The position numbers were made by a program, and so were the translations under genes. Of a stretch of 64,000 nt of DNA, positions 35,881-46,974 are shown piece after piece (the first letter of the stretch is position 1; each line of letters opens with the position of its first letter). The notes under the pieces are model-generated. The model searched no databases, was not told the origin of the DNA, and worked only from the letters and a program-made list of their open reading frames with translations. The stretch is from assembly GCA_026770705.1 (NCBI GenBank), contig JANJGN010000052.1:248001-312000 (forward strand), given 5' to 3'. Source of the stretch: Isurus oxyrinchus. Its lineage: Eukaryota.

Positions 35881-37559
35881 GAATGAATACAAAAAAGAAG
35901 TAATTAAAATGCCCTGACATTTCTGTACATTTTTATCAAATTAAATATGTATTCTAGTGAATAATTCCATTCTCCAAGGCACCACTTCCTGTTGTCACAT
36001 GTCCTTCTGATTATTTAAATTCCTATGTCATTGGTAATGGAACATTCCCATGTAAACATGTCACACTGTAATTACAGCCTCCTGCCAGTGGTGGTGCTTT
36101 AGTGTCCTAGTTTTGCTTCTCAGAGACTGGAGGAGCTGGAAACGTTGTGTTTACAATATAAGTAACACTCAGGAGTGACCAGGGGGATTCTTTTGGCCAA
36201 GTTTACGATGTTGCTAAGATACAATGGCCCCGTGGGATTTTTCCTACTGCGTTTACAAGGTTGAATTGAAGAGATTTTTGAAGTGTCTGGCACAGTTTTA
36301 TTAAGGTCCCCTCACACCCAATCTGGTGTCACTGGGTTCAGTTCTGGGTCCAGCAGCTTAGGAAGGATATATTGTCCTTGGAGGGGGTGCTGTGCAGAGT
36401 CACCAGAACGATCCCGGGGCTGAAAGGGTTAAATCCCGAGGACAGGTTGCACAGACCAGGCTTGTGTTCCCTCGAGTCTCTAAGATTAAGGGGTGATCTA
36501 ATCGAGGGGTTTAAGATGAGCCGTCTCTGTGACCTGCTTCAACCCTGTTGGTCAGCAATGACAACATGAGTTGATGTTAGCCTGATATGTAGTGCATGGA
36601 GGGATATTACTCTCCAGGGTGTGTGTGCATCACAGTGCTCATTCACACGTGTTCCATGTGCACCTACATCAGCTGTGTAGACATACAAGCCTCAATGCTG
36701 CATCCGCGGAATGTGCCATGTCTCACACCTTAGCTGCAGCACGACCCTTCCCTTGGAGCTCTGTGTGCTCGAGACATATTTTGTTATTTTTTCCTGCTGT
36801 CTCTGTGTCCCCCGACCCGGGAGTGAAAATCCGGCCTTAACTTCCACTTTCTAGTGTCTGAGACAAGAGGCAATGAGTGAGTGGGCTGACGGTCAGGATT
36901 AATGCTGTTAATCTGTGTTTGAGGGGCTGTGAATTCTCGGGGGACTAGTTACTCTCTGAGCTGCAGCTTCCAAATCCTTATTTGATGCCGTGCATGTGGG
37001 GTTGGAAGATTTTTTTAAAACCACAGGCCGTTCACAGAAACCCACAGGAAACCCACAGAGAGACAGTCACTGAGAAAGTCACTCACTCCTTGTGGTTTCA
37101 CCTTTTAAGCACATCCTGTCTGTGTGGCTTAAATGTTAAACACAGTGGCCAGACTCAAGGAGGTTTCACTNNNNNNNNNNNNNNNNNNNNNNNNNNNNNN
37201 NNNNNNNNNNNNNNNNNNNNNNNNNNNNNNNNNNNNNNNNNNNNNNNNNNNNNNNNNNNNNNNNNNNNNNNNNNNNNNNNNNNNNNNNNNNNNNNNNNNN
37301 NNNNNNNNNNNNNNNNNNNNNNNNNNNNNNNNNNNNNNNNNNNNNNNNNNNNNNNNNNNNNNNNNNNNNNNNNNNNNNNNNNNNNNNNNNNNNNNNNNNN
37401 NNNNNNNNNNNNNNNNNNNNNNNNNNCAGACAGACACAAACACACACATTCACACACACACACACATTCACTCACACACACACATTCACTCACACACTCT
37501 AGCACACACACACACACACACACAAAGACAATATCCCAATGACAACAAACTGCGATTAA

Positions 37560-39747
37560 GAGCTTCCTACAACTTAACTAACAGACCAAAGACATATTGA
37601 ACTGTCTAAAAGCGACCTGTTTTTCAAAGAAATACAAGATTGTACACAGATCAAAAATGGCTGACACAAGTCACCTGATTGCTGATACTGTGAAGTTGAT
37701 CACTTCTCTGGAAAGGTTCAAATGAATTGCACTGCAGACCTGTTGCATGGAAGTTCACGCCTGGGGTGTGTCAGGGTCCACTTCAAATAGAGACACTCTT
37801 AAAAGGAAGGCATTAAAATGTAAAATGCTGGACTTTGATCAGCTGTAGTTCAATCAAAACATTGGGAACTGCTCACCAAGCAGATAATCATCAGCCATTC
37901 AAAACCTCCTGTGGAGGATACAATACCCCCGTCTCCTGTTGATTTATATCTTGAAATGCATCAAAGGTTTCAGAGATGCAAAGATAAAAAAATGGGAATA
38001 CTTGGTCTATAACAATGAATGCAAAACATGCTGATCGAATTGACTTCAGGGATATACAGACAGGAGTTTAACAAATGGTTCTGCCAAGCAGATATAAGAG
38101 AAAGGAGGGGAAAAAGAAATATGGCAGTCTTCCACAAACACTGCTGGAAAAGAGCAGAAATGATTTCTCCCTCTCTATCTCTCTGTCTGAAGCTAACAGA
38201 ATGTCTTCAACAATGTGCAAGTCTGAGCCAGATAAAATACAGGAATCTACAGAAAACCAACTAATTTAAAACAGCTTCAAACTTCACAGCCTACGCTGTA
38301 GTACAAGCAAACAACTCTTTTAATTTTTTATTAGACTCCATAATTATNNNNNNNNNNNNNNNNNNNNNNNNNNNNNNNNNNNNNNNNNNNNNNNNNNNNN
38401 NNNNNNNNNNNNNNNNNNNNNNNNNNNNNNNNNNNNNNNNNNNNNNNNNNNNNNNNNNNNNNNNNNNNNNNNNNNNNNNNNNNNNNNNNNNNNNNNNNNN
38501 NNCTGTGTGTGTGCATTTGTCTGTCTGTGCATGTGAGCCTGTCTGTGTGTATCTGTCTGTGTGTGTATGTCTGTGCACCTATCTGTGTGTATGTGCGTTT
38601 GTCTGTGTGTGTGTGTGTGTGTGTGTATGTGTGCATTTGTGTGTGTGTTTTGTCCCATTTTAATTATTTTTCCTCCAGTTAGGTAACTAATAAACTTACT
38701 CTTTCTTTGACTCCACCAAACGTGGTTTAATTGGTTCATTCTTAACAATCAAAGAGACTTGCTTTGGAAATTGCATTTGGGGGAAAATATATTTTAAACC
38801 CTTTTTTTCAACCAACCATAATTACCTCTTAAACATCTTAATCTCATTACTACTGAATTCAAAGCCCACATCTCAAAACATACAAGTTGGAAATTGGTTG
38901 TGACAGTTGTTTCAAGTTTCCCTCCAGGATTTGAACAGCTCAGCATTTACCATCTGTTATGTCATAACAGAGCTTCCTTCAACTTAACCAATGAGCCAAA
39001 AACGTATTGAACTGTTTAAAGGAGACCTGTTTTTCAAAAGTACAAGATTAGGCATTGATCAAAAATGGCTGTCACGAGTCACCTGATTGCTGATACTGCA
39101 AACTTGATCACTTCTCTGGAAAGCTTCAAATGAATTGCACTACAGACATGTTGCATGAAAGTTCTCACTGAGGTGTGTCAGGGTCCACCTGAAACAGGGG
39201 CTCCATTAAAAATGCAAAGCGCTGGACTCTGATCACTGTAGGTCTATCAAGCTAATGGGAACTGCTCACCATGCAGATATTCATCAGTCATTCAAAACCC
39301 CTTGTGGAGGATGAAATGCCTCCATCTCCTGTTGATTTATATCTTGAAATGCATCAAATGTTTCAGAGATGCAAAGATCAAAAAAGGGATTACTTGGTCT
39401 GTGACAATGAATGCAAGACATGCTGATCAAATTCCCTTTGGGAATATACAGACAGGAGTTTAACAACAGGTTCTGTCAAGCAGATATAAGAGAAAGTAGG
39501 AGGAAAAAGAAAGATGGCAGTCACTCAAAAACACTGCTGGAAAAGAGCAGAAATTCTCTCTCTCTCTCTCTCTCTTTCTGAAGCTAACAGCGCATCTTCA
39601 ACAAAGTGCAAATCTGAATCAAATCACCACCAGGATGCCACAGGAAACCAATTAACCTTGAACAGCTGCAAACGTCAACAATCTACACCTCAAAGACAAG
39701 CAATTGTATTAATCATATATTCTTTTAAATTTTTATTGGACTCTAAC
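37560..39747. repeat. Diverged direct repeat (~780 bp): 37560-38345 and 38970-39747
   Basis: agcttcct.caacttaac...tcaaaaatggctg..ac.agtcacctgattgctgatactg...aaacactgctggaaaagagcagaaa is shared. The intervening segment ends in an LTR-like tcataaca. Confidence 0.8.
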
Positions 39748-39889
39748 NNNNNNNNNNNNNNNNNNNNNNNNNNNNNNNNNNNNNNNNNNNNNNNNNNNNN
39801 NNNNNNNNNNNNNNNNNNNNNNNNNNNNNNNNNNNNNNNNNNNNNNNNNNNNNNNNNNNNNNNNNNNNNNNNNNNNNNNNNNNNNNNNN

Positions 39890-42800
39890 GTGAGTGTGTG
39901 TCTGTCTATGTACCCTTGTGAGTGAGTGTGTGTGTGTGTGTACATGTGTGCGTGTGGATTGTTGCATCTTTATTATTAACGTTATTTAAAAATAGTGATC
40001 ACACAAGCCTGGTTTCTAAGGAAATGAAACTGCAAACAATTTACAGTAAAGTGAAACATACAGGAATAATCTATTTATTTTGAGCTGATGATATATAATT
40101 ATACATGAGGCAAGTTGCTAATTTCAAATGTCATCTGAAATATGGCAGGTCTGACAGAGCAGCATTCTCTCAGTGCCCACCCTCTGACAGTGCAGCACTC
40201 CCTCAGCATTGACCCTTTGAGAGTGCAGCACTCCTTCAGTATTGACCCTCTGGGAGTGCAGCACTCCCTCAGCACTGACCCTCTGGGAGTGCAGCTCTCC
40301 CTCAGTACCGACCCTCTGGACGTGCAGCACTCCCTCAGTACTGACCCTCCAACAGTGCAGCACTCCCTCACTGGGAAGAGTCCGTCCGCATTTTAAGCTG
40401 AAACCTTGAGACGGTCTCAAAATCCCAACCTTCCATCTCAGAGAGAGAGAGTGCGTTTATGTGAGAGAGAGAGACAATGTATGTGTGAGAGACTGAGAGT
40501 GTGTATGTGTGAGAGAGCAAAAGAGAGGTAGAGTGTGTGTGCATGAGAGAGGGAGGTAGCTTGTGTGTGTGAGAGAGAGAGTGTGTGTGAGAGAAAGAGA
40601 ACGTCTGTGAGAGTGAGAGAGAATTTATGTGTGAGAGAGAAAGATAGAGAGAATGTGCGTGTGAGATAGTGTGTGTGCAAAAGAGAGTGTGTGTCTGTGA
40701 GAGAGTGTTTGTGTATGTGAGAGTGTGTGTGTGAGATGGTGTGTGTGTGTGTGTTTGAGAAAGAGGGTGTGTGTGTTTGAGAGAGGGAGTGTGCGAGAAA
40801 GAGATGGTGTGAGTGTTTGAGGGAGGGGGAGATTGTGTGTTTGAGACAGGGAGTGAGAGAGAACATGTGTGTGAGAGAGAGAGTGTGTGTGTATGTGTGT
40901 GTGTGAAAGAGAAAGTGTTTGTGCAAAACAGTGTGTGTTTGAGAGTATGTGTGCATGTGTGAGTGTGTGTGTGTGTGTGTGCTAATGTTTGTTTCTGTGT
41001 GTGTGTGAGGGTTTGTGTGTGAGTGAGTTTGTGCGTTTGTGTGCGTGTGTGTGTGCATGTGTGTGCGTGAGAGTGTTTGTGCAAAAGAGTGTGTGTTTGA
41101 NNNNNNNNNNNNNNNNNNNNNNNNNNNNNNNNNNNNNNNNNNNNNNNNNNNNNNNNNNNNNNNNNNNNNNNNNNNNNNNNNNNNNNNNNNNNNNNNNNNN
41201 NNNNNNNNNNNNNNNNNNNNNNNNNNNNNNNNNNNNNNNNNNNNNNNNNNNNNNNNNNNNNNNNNNNNNNNNNNNCGAGTTCACAGTTACACACGTTGCT
41301 AGGGACCACTTTTCCGCCTCTCTGTCAGACTGTGTGTATCTGACAGCAGGTCAGGCAGAAATAGTCCAGAATGCGCTGTGGTTTTGTAGCATTGAAACAA
41401 TGACAGGAACTAAATGAGTGCTGCACCAAATAAAGACATGGAGTGACCACACCAAAAAACCACGTGACTTCCCCAGTTTCACATCTCCTTCAAACACAGA
41501 AAAACTGGGTTAACACTGACCCTCCTCCCAGAGCCAGTTCACCTCGTGTCCGATGCAGTCAGGAGAGGAAGATCATCTCTCCTCCGATCCTGCTAAACTG
41601 AACATTTCCAGAATTAGATCAGCTCCCTGAAGTGTCTTCAGTTAGACATTCATCTGACAGGATTGACTCTACAACCCTGGGGACTCATTCTCCTGTAAGT
41701 AAAACACTTGCTGCTCCTGTCAAATCTCTTCTGTATAGCATGGTCTCTGGATGTCCCAGAACACTTTACAATAGAGTTCACCCTTTTTTCGAAGTGTGGT
41801 TACTGTTGTAATGTAGGAAACGCAGCAGCCAATTAGCGCACAGCAAGCTCCCACAAACAGCAATGTGATCATCTGTTTTTGGTGATGTTGGTTGAGGGAT
41901 AAATACTGGTCCCAGGACACCGGGGAGAACTCCCCCCTGCTCTTCCTCCAAATAGTGGCTGTGGGATCTTTCACACCCGCCCGAGAGGGCAGAGGGGGGA
42001 CTCGGTTTAGTGTCTAATATTGGACTAATCTCCAGGCGAGGTTGGCTGGATGGATTATTGACAAGGTCCATTCACCCTGTAAAGAGTTTCTCTGGTTTGA
42101 AATACCCGATCAAACATCGAGATCTGTGTCTAAACCTTGTGTTGAAAAGACACCTTTCCAGCTCTTCACCTGCCATTAGGTTGTTGAGTCTTCACATGCT
42201 CCGTCTGTCCGTGGCCAACCCCTCTTAGCTCATCCTTTCCTTATCGTACATCGAGCTGTTCATCCTGACGGGTTCCCTCCTTCCCAGTAACACTCCATCT
42301 CCGACATCAAACTAACTCCCAACACGTTGATGAATTGTATGGATTCCAGCGTCAGTTGGTTCTGTCTGAGGCTGTTTCTCTGATCGGGGACCGAGCTGTT
42401 CTGAATGGACATTGTGTTCAGTACTGATCCTCCGACAGTGCAGCACTCCCTCAGTACTTACCCTCTGACAGTGCAGCATGCCCTCAGTACTGATCTTCTG
42501 ACAGTGCAGCACACCCTCACCACTCCCTCACTGGGGAGAATCTACCTGGGTTTTGAGCTGAAATCATGAGCAGGTCTTAAAACATTCTTTATCAGAGAGA
42601 GAGAGAGTGTCTGAGAGAGAGAGAGAGACAGAGAGACTGTGTGAGAGAGAAAAAGAGATAGAGAGAGTGTGTGCATGTGTGAGGGAGAGTGTTTGTATAT
42701 GAGGGAGAGAGTGTGCATGTGAGAATGTGTGAGAGAGAGTGTGTGGGAGAGAGCGTGTGTTTGTGACAGAGAGTGTGTGTGTGTGCGAGGGAGAGAAAGA

Positions 42801-43895
42801 GAGAGACAGCAGAAGACCGAGATGAAGAGAAATGTTAAATGTTTGAGAGAGAGAGAATGTGCGTGTCTGAGAGAGAGAGTGTGTGTGTGTGAGAGAGAGT
42901 GTGTGCTTGACAGAAAGAGAGATTGTGTTAGTTTTAGGGAAAGTGTGTGAGTGTGTGAGAGAGTGTTTGTGTCTGAGAGAGAGAGAATGTATTTGAGGGA
43001 GGGAGACAGAGAGAATGTGTGTGTGAGAGAGAGAGAGATAGAGCAGAAGAGTGCGATAGAGAGAGATTGTGAGTGTTAGAGAGAGAATGTGTGTGTGTGA
43101 GAGAGAGAGAGCAGAAGAGTGTGATAGAGAGAGATTGTGAGTGTTAGAGAGAGAATGTGTGTGTGAGAGAGAGATAGAGCAGAAGAGTGTGATAGAGAGA
43201 GATTGTGAGTGTTAGAGAGAGAATGTGTGTGTGAGAGAGATATAGAGCAGAAGAGTGCGATAGAGAGAGATTGTGAGTGTTGGAGAGAGAATGTGTGTGT
43301 GTGAGAGAGAGAGAGAGAGCAGAAGAGTGCGATAGAGAGAGATTGTGAGTGTTAGAGAATGTCTGTGTGTGTGAGAGAGAGATAGAGCAGAGGAGTGTTT
43401 TAGAGAGAGATTGTGAGTGTTAGAGAGAGAATGTGTGTGTGTGAGAGAGAGAGATAGAGCAGAGGAGTGTGATAGAGAGAGATTGTGTTTGTGAGAGAGA
43501 GAGAGAGAGCAGTAGAGTGCGATAGAGAGAGATTGTGAGTGTTAGAGAGAGAATGTGTGTGTGTGAGAGAGAGACAGAGCAGAAGAGTGTGATAGAGAGA
43601 GATTGTGAGTGTTAGAGAGAGAATGTGTGTGTGTATGAGAGAGAGAGATAGAGCAGAAGAGTGCGATAGATAGAGATTGTGAGTGTTAGAGAGAGAATGT
43701 GTGTGTGTGAGAGAGAGATAGAGCAGAAGAGTGCGATAGAGAGAGATTGTGAGTGTTAGAGAGAGAATGTGTGTGTGTGAGAGAGAGAATTAGAGCAGAA
43801 GAGTGTGATAGAGAGAGATTGTGAGTGTTAGAGAGAGAATGTGTGTGTGTGAGAGAGAGAGAGAGAGCACAGGAGTGTGATAGAGAGAGATTGTG
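39890..43895. repeat. Right inner arm of inverted duplication
   Basis: Reverse complement of ~22380-27450; lacks a counterpart of ~24560-25145. Confidence 0.9.
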
Positions 43896-46748
43896 AAAGC
43901 CATTGTATGTGTGGAGTATTGATGGCTTCGCATAATTAAATTGCCGGCCTCAGAAGTTAGGAGCGATTATTGATGCAAGATTTAGATGGGCTTCAGTTGC
44001 GTGTGAAGTGAAGTCTTTCTCTGGGTTGATTGTATTAAAGGGAAGAATGCGTATTCTGTCTCCTCTCGTTGTCTGGTTTCAGGCCAAACATTCCACACTG
44101 CTCTCAATAAGCCCGGACATGTGCAGCCCCAGGCCTTCATGGGCCCAGCCTCCTGTCTGCAGGGTTTTCCACTTAACTCAGCAGTTTAAAGGTGCAAAAG
44201 TGATATCCTTGTTGATGATATGGAAAATGTGGGAATTTTGAGAACCCTTCAAGGGATAGGGAGGGTTACAGGGGCTGGAGGAGGTTACAGGTATAGGGAG
44301 GGGTGTAGGGGTTGAAGGTGGTTACAGAGATGGGCAGGATTGTCAAGGCTGGTGGAGGCTTGGGAGATTATTAGGGTTACAGTGGCTACAGGAGGTGACA
44401 TGTATAGGGGTGTTGTCGGGCTGGAGGTTGTTACAGGGATAGGGAGGATTGTATGGGCTTGTGGAGGAGGTTACAGATATAGGGAGGGTTGTGGGAGGTG
44501 GAGGAGGTTACAGAGATGGGGAGGATTGTAGGGGCAGGTGGAGGTTACAGAGATAGGGAGGGTTGTAGGGGCTGGAGGAAAGGGACAGAGAGAGGAGGTT
44601 ACAGATATAGGGAGGGAGACAGTCAGAGAGAGAGCGACAGGGAGAGAGAGAGCGATAGAGAGATTGAGAGACAGAGACTGAGAGAGGGGGAAGAGAGAAG
44701 GAGAGTGAGAGAGAGACAGAACAAGTGTGAAAGATGGTGGAAGGGAAGATTGGGGAGGTGTTGGCCTGATGGTATTTTCGCTGGACCAGTAATCCAGAGA
44801 CCCAGTGTAATGCTCCTGGGACCCTGGTTAGAATCCCACCACAGCAGTTGGTGGAATTTCAATTCAATAAAAACCTGGAATTAAAAGTCCGATGATGACC
44901 AGGAAACCATTGCTGATTCTTGTATTTGGGTCACAAATGCCCTTTAGGGAGGGAAATCTGCTGTCCTTACCTGGTCTGGCCTACATGTGACTCCAGACCC
45001 ACAGCAATGTGGTTCACTTTTAAAAAGTGGCCTCTGAACAAGGGCAATTAGGGTTGGGCAATAAATGCTGGCCTAGGCAGTGATGTCCACATCACATGAA
45101 AGAATGAAATAAAAGGACAGAGAGGGACAGACAGAGTCGAGAGACATCCAGAATGAAAAAAACACAGTAAACACTGGAAAATAAACATTCTGGTCTGATC
45201 TGGTCTTGTATACCTTCAAATGGAACACCAGTAAAACAGGGAAATAAGAGTACTGGGCCAAACTGTTAGAGAGGGGCACATTTAGAGAGAGAGAGAGAGA
45301 GAGAAAGAGGGAGACACTGAAAGAGATAAGGACAAGGAAAGAAAGAGTGAGAGAGAGAGAGAGACAGAGACACACAAAGAAGTAGAAAGAAAGTGATAGA
45401 GATGAAGCAGGAGAGAATGAGGAGAAAGATAGATAGATAGAGAGAGAGGATGGTAGAGAAAGAGAACGAGAGGAAAAGAGACAAAGGCAGAATGTGATGG
45501 AACACTGAATCCTTGTCTATGCGTTTTGAAATCCAGCCCAGAACTATCATTGGAAGATTCAGCGAGTGTCCAGTACAGGGGACCCAGCCCAACCTTCTCA
45601 TCCTGACCTTCCCAGTGGGGCTGAAGAGGGCAGAGAGGAAACCTTCCTCTGTTATTCTGTTGTCGAATAAACACAACAATTCTGGAACTCTGCCCTTTCT
45701 ATCTCACGGATTAGAATATAAGGGGGCAGAGGTCATGCTTCAGTCTACATAAAGCCCTGGCTAGACCACACCTGGAGTCACTGTGAGACATTCTGGGCCC
45801 CACACCTTAGGAAGGATATATTGACCTCGGAGGGAGAGCAGTGTCAGTTTACCAGAATGAGACCGGGACTCCAAGGGTTAAATCACAAGGAGAGATTAAA
45901 CACAAACTCGGCTTATATTCCCTGGAAGTTAGAATGTTAAGCAGGAGATTTGATGAAAGCTCGCATGATATTAAGGGGAACAGATTGGGGGCGATAAAGA
46001 GAAACCATTTCCCCTGGTTGGGGGGAGTCTGGGACTCGGGGTCAGAGCCTAAAAAGGAATTAAATTAGGAAGTACAAAGGGTGGGAGAAATTTGGAACTC
46101 TCTTCCCCAAACAGGAACTGATGCACGATCAAGTTGTTCATTTTAAACCTGTGAGACTGATAGATTTTTGTTATCCAAAGGTATTAAAGGAGATGGGACA
46201 AAGGCATATGGGGCTAGTTTGCAGATCAGCCATGATCTCATTGAATGGTGGAGCAGGCTCGAGGGGCCAAATGGCCTCCTCCTACCCTTATGTAATAGAA
46301 ACTTACCTGTCAGAAGCCATTTTATGTTGATGTGAGTCTGAGTCGATGACTGAACCCAGTTGGTAACTTGTTCCATACAAAGCAAGAACGTTCATGCCCT
46401 TCAATGTTCCTGGATAAACCATTAACAAAGCTGGTGCCAGACAGTCTCCACATGGTAAACACTGACCGATCAACACATGACATGGCTGTTAACCCCTAAA
46501 CCTCAGCGTAAATCAGTTCCCCCTCGAGGCCCCTTGTCCGAAATAAAAGCAACGCACACAATTTGTAAAATAGTAAGTGTCTGGCAGGAAGGAGGAGCAA
46601 TGAGAGGAGTAAGGGGTTAGGGGGCGTGCGCTTCACCTGATTTGCCGACATAAGAACCAGCCCCTATGTTTTTGCTATGTTGTGTTGCATCAATACGAAC
46701 ACATATTTGCACAAGGTGAAGGGCGTTGCGGAGGGACTGATAGTTCTC

Positions 46749-46905
46749 GGCGCCAGACAGTCAATGTCCCAGTGACCTTACTGCTGGTCCCAGGCCAGTG
46801 GGACAGGGAACATCGACACTGCAATATCCAGAAATGGGTGTGATACCACACAGCTACCCACCCGCGGGTAGTGTTTCAAGTGTTCAAGTGTTTCAGGTAT
46901 AAGAG
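46749..46905 (+). promoter_or_regulatory. Putative HAMP proximal promoter, right copy: GGCGCC-AGAC (46749-46758), TATAAGAG (46898-46905)
   Basis: GGCGCC is the BMP/SMAD-responsive hexamer of mammalian HAMP promoters, and the adjacent AGAC is a SMAD box. Confidence 0.55.
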
Positions 46906-46974
46906 CAGGAAGCTCCTCTAGTTACAAACCAAAGCATCAAAGCAGAGCCAGAAGATCAGAAGAGACAGGCAGAG

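Noticed and set aside
40368-41309. His/Thr-rich or Cys/Val-rich ORFs spanning CA repeats and N gaps
   Set aside because: Microsatellite and gap artefacts.
46822-46836. STAT3 site in the hepcidin promoter (tatccagaaatg; also ttcctggat at ~46407)
   Set aside because: Neither matches TTCNNNGAA exactly.
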